DNA of 64,000 nucleotides, from the NCBI GenBank assembly GCA_965240325.2, contig OZ251235.1, forward strand, positions 186,001 through 250,000. The letters are read 5' to 3'. The DNA comes from Rebecca billardiae RCC1528. Taxonomy: Eukaryota; Protista; Haptophyta. The notes beneath the pieces are model-generated. The model worked only from the letters and a program-made list of their open reading frames with translations, did no database searches and was not told the origin of the DNA. The position numbers were made by a program, and so were the translations under genes. Of the stretch, positions 33,773-44,800 are shown piece by piece (the stretch's first letter is position 1; every line of letters begins with the position of its first letter).

Positions 33773-35494
33773 TCAGGGCAGGCCGTGCTGATCGCCGGCC
33801 GCCGCGAAGGACGCGGCGGCCTCATCCCGGAGCTCGGGCCAGTACTCGGGAAGCACCGCGCGGCCGCGGCTGATTGCGTCCGCCACCCGATTGCGCGCCC
33901 CAGGCACATGCTTGCAGAGCAGCGTGCTGGATGTCTCCGCCGCGAGCAGGGCGAGGTCTTGCAGCAGGCAGTTGAGCACCGGTCGGTGGGGCACAGACAT
34001 GCGCGACAGCCACGCCACGGATGCAGAGTTATCACACAGTAAGAGGAGGTGCACAGCGGAGCGGCCGGCGAGCCAGCGCATGCCGGCGAGCAGGACGCAC
34101 AAGCACTCGAGCTCGTTGATGTCCCACGCCTCGCCGGCCGGCACGAAGGCGCGCAGGTCCCACGCGGCGACATGGCCCGCCGACGACGCCGCCCCACCGC
34201 GCCCCGTGGAGAGGGCGGCGTCCGTGGCCACCGCCAGCCGCTCCGAGGGTCGCACGTACAGCTGCCGCCGACACGAGCCCCGCTCGAGCAGCCGCGCGAA
34301 GAAAGCGCACTCGCGCGGCAGCAGCACCCCCAGGGGCGCCACGAGGGTGCCGGACGCAGCGAACGCATCGTGCCGCGCATAGAGGAGGTCGAGGAAGGGG
34401 CGGATGAACGGGCGAACCGCGGGCTGTATCCGAGCGATCCAGCCGAGCTTGCCGATGAGCGAGCTGAGCTCCGGGCGCGTCACGCGGCTGCCGAGCAGCG
34501 TGAGCAGCGCCGGGAACCACTTGGCGCGCTTCCGCTCGGGTAGAGACACCGAGCCCTGGACCGCGTCAATGACGACGCCAAGCAGCTCGATGTGCTGGCA
34601 TGCGGGCACGATCTTGGTCGGCTTGGCCGACGGCGGCAGACCCGCGGCGCGCAGCGTCGAGCAGTAGAGCTGGAATGCCCGATCGAGGTCCCCCCGGTGC
34701 GAGCTCCACCCGAAACCGTCATCGACAAAATTCTTGAGCTTGAAGCGCAGCTCCCCCGACCAGCGCGCCACGAACGCGTGCCGCAGCAGATCTGAGAGCC
34801 GGCAAAACAGGAACGGCGCGGACGCGGCGCCGAAGGGGAGCGAGGTGTACACGTAGTAGGCGCCCTCCCACCAAATGCAGAGCAGCCACAGATCCTCCGG
34901 GCGCACGGCGACGCGCGTGTATGCCGCGTCGATGTCCACCTTGAAGATCCAGGTGCCGGGGGTCAGATCGGCCAGGAGCTCGTCCAGCGACTCAAAGGTG
35001 AACCGCGGCGCGCGGATGTCGGCGTTCACGCCCGAGGCCGTCATGTCCACGATGAGGCGGAAGTCGTCCTCGTCCTTCGGTACGCAACCGAGCGGCGACA
35101 CCGCCACTGGCCGCGGCAGGGGCCGGCCGCCGCGCGCCGGCCCCGCCAGCACGCCCGATGACACATACTCGGCGAGCCGCGCGCGCACAAACTCGGGCTG
35201 CGCCAGCGAGGAACGGTGGTTGGGACGGAACCGCGACACGCGCGCGCCGCGGTAGAGCAGATCGACGCCGTCACGCAGCTCCACGGACAGGTCAACGCCG
35301 GTGAAGGCATGGATGAAGGACGCCAGCGCCACGTAGTTGCGCTGCATGGCGTTGGGCACGAGACTGTGTGCGAGGTCAGCGCGCAGGCCGGTGCGCGCGA
35401 CCATCTCGGCGGAGGTGATGGGCGGGCGAGTCATAGCGAGCGGCGCGCCGCGGAACGCGGCGGGCACCGACAGGGGATCTCGTCGCGCGCCCAC
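33773..35494 (-). CDS. Reverse transcriptase-RNase H (DIRS/Ngaro type); first ATG at 35434
   Basis: RT motifs SPLGCVPK..FRLIVDM, KVDIDAAY, LPFGAASAPFLF, NFVDD and LLGVVID. RNase H motifs VATDAA, INELE, CDN and HVPGARNRVADAISR. Confidence 0.92.
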   Translation of the reverse strand: MGARRDPLSVPAAFRGAPLAMTRPPITSAEMVARTGLRADLAHSLVPNAMQRNYVALASFIHAFTGVDLSVELRDGVDLLYRGARVSRFRPNHRSSLAQPEFVRARLAEYVSSGVLAGPARGGRPLPRPVAVSPLGCVPKDEDDFRLIVDMTASGVNADIRAPRFTFESLDELLADLTPGTWIFKVDIDAAYTRVAVRPEDLWLLCIWWEGAYYVYTSLPFGAASAPFLFCRLSDLLRHAFVARWSGELRFKLKNFVDDGFGWSSHRGDLDRAFQLYCSTLRAAGLPPSAKPTKIVPACQHIELLGVVIDAVQGSVSLPERKRAKWFPALLTLLGSRVTRPELSSLIGKLGWIARIQPAVRPFIRPFLDLLYARHDAFAASGTLVAPLGVLLPRECAFFARLLERGSCRRQLYVRPSERLAVATDAALSTGRGGAASSAGHVAAWDLRAFVPAGEAWDINELECLCVLLAGMRWLAGRSAVHLLLLCDNSASVAWLSRMSVPHRPVLNCLLQDLALLAAETSSTLLCKHVPGARNRVADAISRGRAVLPEYWPELRDEAAASFAAAGDQHGLP

Positions 35495-35500
35495 CGCCTC

Positions 35501-37951
35501 CTAGACGCGGCCCACGCCCGTGTGCTGCTGCACGTGCGCTGTCTCGGCGTGCGCGCCGGCCAAGTGGCCAAGGCTCCCGCACAGAGCGCACTTGGTGGCG
35601 TGCGCGAGCGTGAAGTTGTGCTGCACCTGCGCAGACGGTTGGCCGCCGGCCGACCGGTACGCGGCGAACAGCGGGCACGCCGCCGCGGAGCAGTCGCCGA
35701 ATAGCTGGTGCCGTAGGCAGCCGTGCGCGCGGAAGACGCGGTGGTTGGCCTCCGAGAGCAGGGGCCGCCCGCTCGCGTCGCACACACCCCCGTACCGCGC
35801 CAGCTCGCGCGCCAGCGTCAGCGGCGGCACGCCCCCCGCAGAGGCGGCGCCCGGGAACGGTTGCGGCAGCGTCCGCGGCGGCCCGCCTGGCGGCGGGGGC
35901 GGCGGGCCGGGAGGCGGCGCCTGCGGCCCCGGCGGGTACGGCGCCGGTGTGTACGGCGCCGGCCCGGGCGCCCAGGCCGAACCCGCCGGCGGCACGTACG
36001 TGAGCGCGAGCGGCGCGGGCCCGGGCTGCGCCCCCTGTACCGGCGGCGCCGGCGGGGCCGGCGCTGCCGCCTGCAGCCCCTGCGGGTACGGCGCCGGCGG
36101 GCACAGCGCCGGGCGGGGCGCCCAGGACGATCCTGCCGAGGGTGCGCACGTGAACGAGAGCGGCACGGGCCCGTGCGGCGCCACCCGCATCGGCGCCGAC
36201 CACGACCAGCAGCCCCACTCCGCTGCGCCGGGCGCCGCCCCGCCAAAGCCGGGCGACAGGTCCTGCACCATCAGCGACGGCGGCGGCGGCGGAATCGGCA
36301 TGCTCCCACCGTAGACGCGCATCAGCGGGCGCATGGCAAACTTGTCATGGAAGGGGTTGTCGTTCTTGTAGCAGTCGAAGAACGGCTCCCGCCCGCCACC
36401 GATGCTCGCCACCAGCGCCGCCACGCCCGAGCGCGCGTCGAGCACCCGCCCGAGGCTCTCCGAGAATTCAGAGTGGAACTGTGCCGCCGCCCGCCAGTCG
36501 CGCGCCTCAGCGAGCTGCATCACGAAGCCCCTGTACTCGCGCAGCACCTCGGCGTCACCCGCGCGCGTGCAGAAGCCCTCGGCCTGCTCGACGAGCAGTA
36601 TGAAGTGGAGCTGGCTGAGGAGCTGGTAGGCCTCGCGCAGCTCGCCCTTCGTGTTGAAGTAGACGCTTCGATCGACCTGCGCGTGCGGCACCTCAGCCAT
36701 GTTGAAGGACTCCCAGACGACCGAACCCGCCGCGTTCGCCGGCACGCCCAAGCCGCGCCGCATGGACGAAAACGCCCCGCGAGCCGGGAAGCTCGGCCTC
36801 CCCCCCCCGGTCCCACGGAGTTGGCCGCCCGCGCCGCCCGCGAGCGCGCAAGCGTTCGCGAACTCGTGCGCGGCCCCCGCAAGGAAGCCAGCCCCACCGA
36901 AGGGGACGGGATGCGGCACGAGCGAGCTGGGCGGGGCGAGGGGCGCCGCCGCGTCCGGCGCCGGCCGGACGCCCCAGGGCGGCGGCCGCGGCGGCGGGAC
37001 AGAGGTGGGCCCCGTCGGTGCGCCGTCGGCGGGCGGCGCGCCCGAGTGGCCACCGACCGCCCCATCACCCGCACCGTTGCCGTGGACGCCGCGAAGGAAG
37101 TCAGTGAGGCTGTTCGCGAGGTCGGGTGGTAGGCCAGTCGGAATGCCCGGCTGGCCAGCGGGCGCGGCCGGGGGGGCGGGTGCCTGCGGCTGCGCAGCAG
37201 CCGCCGTCGACGCGGCGCCGGCCGCTCGCCCGGGCGCGGGCGCGGGAGCAGCCCCCGCCGTCGTCCTGGCACCGGCCGCCGGCGCGGTCGCGGGCGGCGG
37301 CTGGACCGGCAGCGGGCCGAGCTGCTGCACCGGCGCGGCAGGCGGCAGGGTACTTGCTTGGCGGCCACCCGCGCGCCCACCCCGGCCCCGACCGCGGCCC
37401 CCGCCGCCGCGCCCACGAGCGCCGAGGACCTGCTGGTTGACGACGCGGCAGGCGGCAGGGTACTTGCTTGGCGGCCACCCGCGCGCCCACCCCGGCCCCG
37501 ACCGCGGCCCCCGCCGCCGCGCCCACGAGCGCCGAGGACCTGCTGGTTGACGACGGCCGCTGCCGCCGCGCGGCGCCGCGACACGCGTTGGACTGCAGGC
37601 ACCGCCATGTCGGGACGGCGGGAGGCGGGCCACCCGCGCGCCCACCCCGGCCCCGACCGCGGCCCCCGCCGCCGCGCCCACGAGCGCCGAGGACCTGCTG
37701 GTTGACGACGGCCGCTGCCGCCGCGCGGCGCCGCGACACGCGTTGGACTGCAGGCACCGCCATGTCGGGACGGCGGGAGGCGGAGGAGCGCAGCTGGTTG
37801 TCCGTGCGGCTGCTCGGCGCCAAGCGTGGCCCGTCGGCTGGGTTTGGTAGTCGGGCGGCGGTCCGGTCGGCGGTCGGGCAGGGCGAGGTGCGCCGTGCGG
37901 TCGGGCGGGAAAGCGGACGGCTGCTGGGCGAAACTCGCTCCTGTTCGCCAA
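35501..37951 (-). CDS. Gag-like ORF1 of the YR retrotransposon (start uncertain; internal tandem duplications)
   Basis: Lies upstream of RT. Pro/Ala-rich, with a helical core (EYRGFVMQLAEARDWRAAAQFHSEF) and a C-terminal Zn-knuckle-like CALCGSLGHLAGAH. Confidence 0.7.
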   Translation of the reverse strand: MANRSEFRPAAVRFPARPHGAPRPARPPTGPPPDYQTQPTGHAWRRAAARTTSCAPPPPAVPTWRCLQSNACRGAARRQRPSSTSRSSALVGAAAGAAVGAGVGARVARLPPSRHGGACSPTRVAAPRGGSGRRQPAGPRRSWARRRGPRSGPGWARGWPPSKYPAACRVVNQQVLGARGRGGGGRGRGRGGRAGGRQASTLPPAAPVQQLGPLPVQPPPATAPAAGARTTAGAAPAPAPGRAAGAASTAAAAQPQAPAPPAAPAGQPGIPTGLPPDLANSLTDFLRGVHGNGAGDGAVGGHSGAPPADGAPTGPTSVPPPRPPPWGVRPAPDAAAPLAPPSSLVPHPVPFGGAGFLAGAAHEFANACALAGGAGGQLRGTGGGRPSFPARGAFSSMRRGLGVPANAAGSVVWESFNMAEVPHAQVDRSVYFNTKGELREAYQLLSQLHFILLVEQAEGFCTRAGDAEVLREYRGFVMQLAEARDWRAAAQFHSEFSESLGRVLDARSGVAALVASIGGGREPFFDCYKNDNPFHDKFAMRPLMRVYGGSMPIPPPPPSLMVQDLSPGFGGAAPGAAEWGCWSWSAPMRVAPHGPVPLSFTCAPSAGSSWAPRPALCPPAPYPQGLQAAAPAPPAPPVQGAQPGPAPLALTYVPPAGSAWAPGPAPYTPAPYPPGPQAPPPGPPPPPPGGPPRTLPQPFPGAASAGGVPPLTLARELARYGGVCDASGRPLLSEANHRVFRAHGCLRHQLFGDCSAAACPLFAAYRSAGGQPSAQVQHNFTLAHATKCALCGSLGHLAGAHAETAHVQQHTGVGRV

Positions 37952-40900
37952 AGCCGGTCACTGCCCGTCAACTCCCGGCGCGCGCTCACTTTTCTGCGGT
38001 CCGCGCCAAAAGCGAGCTGCCACACGCTCGGAACGCTGTCCGGGGGCGCGCTGCGAGCTCCGAGCTCCGAGCCCGTCCGGGCGGGGGTGCGGTCGGAGGG
38101 GCGCTGGAGGAGGGTATCGGGCGGCGGCGAAGCGGCGCCGGCAGTCATAACGCGATAACCGCCGCAGACTGCCAAACCCGCCACTCCCGTCGCGTCGGCC
38201 ATCGCCCCGAATCGGCCCCCTCGCTCAGACCGGTCTGAGCGAGGGCCAGATTCAGACGGTTTTTGGGCCCGCCCCACTGGCGAGCGCGCTGCGGGACGCG
38301 CCTCGCACTGGGGGCGGTGCACACTACACTCACGGCGCGCCGCGATGTGTTCGGGCGGTGGATGGGGCTGAATCGGGCGAGAGTGACGGTGCGATCGGCC
38401 GCGATGCGTCTGCCATCACCCAGTGAGCTCGTGCGGTGCCAGCTCGCCCTTCGCTTCGTCGCCACTCGCAATCGCACCAGTCGCGCGCGTCCATGGCTTG
38501 CCTTGGGTGCGCTGTGTTCTCGCGCAGTGTGTGCTTGGCAGCAGGGTGCTCGTGGCCGGTGGTTGCCGTCGCAGAGGATCGGAATGTGCGCAGCTACGCT
38601 ACATCCCAGACACCATGTGCCCGTCCTCGTCGAGCATTGGAGAGACACGCGTGTCACGCATGCACTCGCGAAGCAGGCTGCACAGCGGCGCGCGGGCGTG
38701 GCTGCGCGCGCATGACAAGGTGCACCACACAGCTGCCCCCGCCATAAGCACCAGCTGTGTACGCACCTCTTCCGTGTTGTCTGATCCGCCAGGCCGCCAC
38801 GGTGCGGAGACTGCGCGCGTGAGACACCGACAGTCAGCGGCCACGGCGCACACAGGTCACTGGCACATGCCATGGCGTGCAGCAGCTGATGCAGCCGTTG
38901 CTGCAGCTTCGATTGATGAAACAGCAGCAGCGCCGGTGGCAGTCACCCCACTCGCTGCCACTGGCACACCCGCACTCGCCAACAGCACTCGCAGCCCTTG
39001 CACCTCCGGCAGCTGTGGCACGATGCTCGGCTGAGCGGCGGCAATAGGCACCGTCGTCCGAGCAGCCGCGCGCGCAGCTCCTTCGGGGGCGCGCTGTCGC
39101 GGGAGTGCTGCTCCAAGGACCAGCAGCTGCTGCAGATGTTGCGGCTGAGACAGCAACTGCTGCTGCTCGTGTTGGTAGCCTCAACGCAGCCGTACTAGCG
39201 TTATGAGGGGAGATGACTTGTGGAATGGGAGTTGCTGCAGCCACTTTTAACTTTTTATTCCACCGCCATTTGTTTTTATTAAATGCAGCTTGCAGCAGAG
39301 TCCGAGACTTAGCGTGTCAGAAGCTGTGCAGCAGGGCTCCACTCGTCACATACAGCGTCGGCGCTCGGAGCCTCGGGAGTTTGCACGAACCGGGCGTGGT
39401 GGGCGTGTCCCGCGCGGCGCGCAGAGCAGCGCTGTACGTGGGCGAGACAGCCGCTTCCGCGTCTCGCACTTCGGCGGCGGTGCCGAGGGCGGAGGCCGCC
39501 CGCCGCGCGCCTGACGGCAGCGCCTCAAGCAGCGCCGTCCGATGCGCATGCGGACGGGTGCGGCAATGGCGGTGGGTTTCGCAACGTGCACAGCGTCAGA
39601 AGCTCGGCACCTGATCCGCCCAGCTGCAGCAATAGCACCATCGGTCCGGCGCCTGGCGCTCAGTGGGCGGCGTGTCGGGCGGATGTAGATGCACTTGCCG
39701 TCTGAATCAGGACGCCGGGCATGCGTGCCGAAGCAGTTCGCGCCAGCGCGCGCACTCGCAGAGCGAGAACGGCCGCCCTGCCGGCCGGAGGCCAATGCAC
39801 TCGCCTGGCGGCTGCCGGCGCACGGTAGACCAGGTCAAACGTAAGCACCCGAAACCACCACGGCGGTGGTGACCGAGAGTACGACCACGGGCGGTGGCGC
39901 GGCCGATGTCGCGAGCGTGAGCGCAAGCGTGGCCGTGAGCAATGCGAGCAGCGTGAGCGATGCGCGGAGCGATCGCGCCCGCCCTTCCGACGAGGAACGA
40001 GGGCTTTATTGCGCGAGGAGTCCCCAGCGGTAGGTGGCAGCGATGTCGCGCCATCGCTGAGCGCATCGAGTGATCGACGTTGCCAGCCGGTCGACGTGGC
40101 CATCGCTTCCGAGAGAAAGCTGTGAGCCAGATTGCTGCCGCACGCAACCGTGTCAGCTGTGGCCGCTGACTGTCGGTGTCTCACGCGCGCAGTCTCCGCA
40201 CCGTGTCGGCCTGGCGGATCAGACAACACGGAAGAGGTGCGTACACAGCTGGTGCTCATGGCGGGGGCAGCTGTGTGGTGCACCATGCGCGCGCAGCCAC
40301 GCCCGCGCGCCGCTGTGCAGCCTGCTTCCGCGAGAGCATGCGCGACACGCGTGTCTCTCCAACGCTCGACGAGGACGGGCACATGGTGTCTGGGATGTAG
40401 CGTAGCTGCGCACATTCCGATCCTCTGCGACGGCAACCACCGGCCACGAGCACCCTGATGCCAAGCACACACTGCGCGAGAACACAGCGCGCCCAAGGCA
40501 AGCCATGGACGCGCGCGACTGGTGCGATTGCGAGTGGCGACGAAGCGAAGGGCGAGCTGGCACCGCACGAGCTCACTGGGTGATGGCAGACGCATCGCGG
40601 CCGATCGCACCGTCACTCTCGCCCGATTCAGCCCCATCCACCGCCCGAACACATCGCGGCGCGCCGTGAGTGCAGTGTGCACCGCCCCCAGTGCGAGGCG
40701 CGTCCCGCAGCGCGCTCGCCAGTCCTTGGGGCGGGCCCAAAAACCGTCTGAATCTGGCCCTCGCTCAGACCGGTCTGAGCGAGGGGGCCGATTCAGACGG
40801 TCTGACTGTAAGTTCCCCGGCCGACTCCAGCGGAGTCCGGCGCCGGAGCTTCGCTTACAGATTTTTGCAGCGGAGCGGCGCGCGCGGCCGCCGCCGCTGC

Positions 40901-41842
40901 GGCGGGCCGCTCGGGACGTGCACGGCGTGGGCTCGTGCGGCCGCTGCCGCGCACGCCGAGCGATCTGGCGCGGTGTCGCGGCTGGTTGATGGCCTCGCGC
41001 GCCGCAGCGCGCCGCGCGCCTTGTCTGACTTCGCCTGTCTCGCGCCTTGGCCGCCGTGCACTCATGCGCCGCCAAACCGCAAGCTGAGAAGCTCGGCATA
41101 CCTCTCAGCCGAGCGAGCACGTGCCTTGCGCGACGCGACGCGGGCATTGCCGCCGGGCGATGTAGGCGTAGTGTGAGCGCGCGCCGTGAAGCCTCGGCGC
41201 GGATCGAGAGTGTCTTCAACGTCTCGGTCAGCTGTCGACAACTGCTGACGCATCAACCACCAATGGACATCACCACGGTCCTCCGTTGAACGATGGGATA
41301 TCGCGACGCTGCGACTCGTGAACTCTAGTCGAGCGTTGTAGCCAAAACGACGAAGGCCACTATGACGTGTGTGTGAGCCTTGCGTGACGATGCGACGTGA
41401 CGATCGCCCCGGCAAGAGAGTCAGTCGTGCAGCTTTCTGCACTGCTCAACGAACAGACGGTCCACGCGCGTACGCGGCATCATTTCATTGTTCTCGATCC
41501 GCGCCGAGGCTTCACGGCGCGCGCTCACACTACGCCTACATCGCCCGGCGGCAATGCCCGCGTCGCGTCGCGCAAGGCACGTGCACGCTCGGCTGAGAGG
41601 TATGCCGAGCTTGCGGTTTGGCGGCGCATGAGTGCACGGCGGCCAAGGCGCGAGACAGGCGAAGTCAGGCAAGGCGCGCGGCGCGCTGCGGCGCGCGAGG
41701 CCATCAACCAGCCGCGACACCGCGCCAGATCGCTCGGCGTGCGCGGCAGCGGCCGCACGAGCCCACGCCGTGCACGTCCCGAGCGGCCCGCCGCAGCGGC
41801 GGCGGCCGCGCGCGCCGCTCCGCTGCAAAAATCTGTAAGCGA

Positions 41843-44800
41843 GGCAAATTGTCCATGCTGGTGGAGTTATTGTAAACTCGCGCCAGAAAAAAGGAGAGGG
41901 GAGGAAAAAGGAGGGGGAGGAGGGAAGGAGGGAGAAGAGAGGGGGAGAAGAGAGGGAGGAAAAGGAGGATCATCGTAGTCGGTGATAGTGGTCAGTCTGA
42001 TACAGCTGGGCGCTCGGTCAGGGACATCATGTCTCGGCTACAGACGTGACATCCGTCGACTGTAGTGGCTGAATCGGTTACGCCTGCTCGTCGTCGCGCG
42101 CTCGGCGCTTCGAAATCACTGTCGTGGTGCCGTGATTGTGACAACAGGCGACGACAGTGACCCTCCGCCGCAGGCAAAGCGCACGCCGTCAGACCTGGGC
42201 TCAGTGAGGCGGTAGCGGTGCGCACACGCCCTGCCGTCACAAACACATGCCGATGCATTCAATGGGCGTCTGGCTGTTTCACTCATCGACAACTGCTGCC
42301 GAGCAAGAGGAGCGCTCGAGTGAGGCGCGTCTAAGGCATGGTATCACGCCACGCAGTCAGCGGCCAGCGAGCAAGTGGGCGGCACTCCGCCCATCAGCAG
42401 CCTCCGCACACGTGTGAGCTGTGGTGGAGCTGTGCAGGTGGTCACGCGACAGACGAGAGGAGGCGGCGGAATGCGGGCGAACAGTCGCCTCAGCCGATGC
42501 GCACGAAAGCGTGTGTCGGTCAGCGGATGGCTACCTCGTACACACACGGCACAGTGCACGGCTGCCAACAGCACGTGCCACTGGGTGGGTCGCTCTCACA
42601 AAGGACTCAGCGCCGCGAGAGCGAGGAGCGCTGGCCTGACGACGGGGGGCGCGAGTGCAGGTGCGGTGGACCGGTGCCGCGGCCTGTATGCGACTCCCGA
42701 TGCAAATGCGCGCGCGCGTGCGCGTAAGGGTGTCGTCCAGCCTCTGCGGCACTCAGACTCTGGAAGGCTGCTGCGGTGCACACATGTGCCTTCCTCAGCC
42801 GCCTCACGCGCCAAGTGGCACGCATCACGGCGGCGAGAGCGTCCGCGACGTTGGCGATCGCAGGGCCGACCCCTAGCAGCTTCAGCGCCTCGTCCTCGGT
42901 ACCGCCCGGAGCCCAAAGCTGCTGAAGCTCTGGGCCGACCACGATCTCACACTCACCTACCGTGCAGCAGGGGCCTGCTTTGCGAGCGCGGTCGTACGTG
43001 CATGGTCCCTTGCTCCACGGTGTGCTTTCTCTCGCAAATCCGCTGCTGATCGCGCCTCTCAGCCATGCGCCCAGCGCCGCCGCGACAAGCTGCGCAGCGC
43101 CGCGGCTGTCGGCGCGCGCGAGGGCGGCCGCGACTAGGCACGCGACGGCAGGCGGTGCGCTGTGCGGCGCGGCGGCGGGCGGCGCGTTCGGCACTGCCGG
43201 CGCCACAGAGGCCGCGCGCTCGCAGCTGAGATTGCGGTGCGCGTCTACCCATCACCCGCGTCGCCGACCGCTGGCGGCAGCGGTGGCCGCCGAGGGCCGC
43301 GCGCACTGGCGGCGTAGGTGTGCCGCGCGCCGCCGAGCGTGCACGCGGGCGCGCGTGTGTGCGTCACGTCGTCGGGAAAGGGCAACGCCACGGCGCCCCG
43401 CATCTGCCGCGGCCGGCATGGCGACACGAGATACGGCCGCGTCCCCCGAAGGTCAGCGGCGCTAACACCGAAGTCAGCAACGTGAGCAGCGCCAACCTCG
43501 ACGCTGACAAGAGCTGGACTGCTTCGGCTTAGCTGTCAGACGCCACGTGGGTGGTCAGGCGCGTCCCCTGCCGACACGTGCATATGTGCCAGTGGGAGTG
43601 ATGCACGCGAGGCCACGGCGTTTAGCGTCGATCGTGCGTTGCCAAACGCGCCTTGAGGTCGCTCCCCACGCGCGGTCTGTGAGGGTGTTTGAACCCCTCG
43701 CCGGGCGCCATCGTCAGCGACCAAGTGCGAGGGCCGGAGGAGGGGAGTCAACGAGGGCCAAGGGCGTTGTCGCCACGAGGCCTCCGCCAACTCGTGCAAC
43801 CATTGGCTGAGCCAAAAGATGGCAGTCTGAAGTCCTATGTGAGCCAAAAGATAGCCCAATAAGTAAAAGTCCTGCCTAGGCCCTTCCGGACAGCCAAAAG
43901 AGTCCACCAGCATGCCCTAGTAGCCGTAAGCGGGCAAATTGTCCATGCTGGTGGAGTTATTGTAAACTCGCGCCAGAAAAAAGGAGAGGGGAGGAAAAAG
44001 GAGGGGGAGGAGGGAAGGAGGGAGAAGAGAGGGGGAGAAGAGAGGGAGGAAAAGGAGGATCATCGTAGTCGGTGATAGTGGTCAGTCTGATACAGCTGGG
44101 CGCTCGGTCAGGGACATCATGTCTCGGCTACAGACGTGACATCCGTCGACTGTAGTGGCTGAATCGGTTACGCCTGCTCGTCGTCGCGCGCTCGGCGCTT
44201 CGAAATCACTGTCGTGGTGCCGTGATTGTGACAACAGGCGACGACAGTGACCCTCCGCCGCAGGCAAAGCGCACGCCGTCAGACCTGGGCTCAGTGAGGC
44301 GGTAGCGGTGCGCACACGCCCTGCCGTCACAAACACATGCCGATGCATTCAATGGGCGTCTGGCTGTTTCACTCATCGACAACTGCTGCCGAGCAAGAGG
44401 AGCGCTCGAGTGAGGCGCGTCTAAGGCATGGTATCACGCCACGCAGTCAGCGGCCAGCGAGCAAGTGGGCGGCACTCCGCCCATCAGCAGCCTCCGCACA
44501 CGTGTGAGCTGTGGTGGAGCTGTGCAGGTGGTCACGCGACAGACGAGAGGAGGCGGCGGAATGCGGGCGAACAGTCGCCTCAGCCGATGCGCACGAAAGC
44601 GTGTGTCGGTCAGCGGATGGCTACCTCGTACACACACGGCACAGTGCACGGCTGCCAACAGCACGTGCCACTGGGTGGGTCGCTCTCACAAAGGACTCAG
44701 CGCCGCGAGAGCGAGGAGCGCTGGCCTGACGACGGGGGGCGCGAGTGCAGGTGCGGTGGACCGGTGCCGCGGCCTGTATGCGACTCCCGATGCAAATGCG

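Larger units (their letters stand above)
31519..38208 (-). mobile_element. Tyrosine-recombinase (DIRS-order, Ngaro-like) retrotransposon inserted in the left arm of E3
   Basis: gag-like ORF, RT-RNase H ORF lacking a methyltransferase domain, and a decayed YR. 437-bp direct repeats at 31595-32031 and 37772-38208. GAAT at both junctions. Confidence 0.85.
31329..40819. mobile_element. E3: foldback TIR element (~2.6 kb native, ~660-bp arms, 8-bp TSD, possibly hAT-like) inserted in the left TIR of E1
   Basis: Ends CGGGGAACTTACAG / CTGTAAGTTCCCCG. TSD GCCGACTC at 31321-31328 and 40820-40827. Left arm 31329-31518 + 38374-38844 is inverted at 40159-40819. Confidence 0.8.

Noticed and set aside
38857-40150. 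Captured genes in the E3 spacer
   Set aside because: Only low-complexity ORFs without recognisable domains.
42607-43206. 199-aa ORF in each E4 unit as a transposase
   Set aside because: No DDE, Zn-finger or HTH motif recognisable, and no ATG start.
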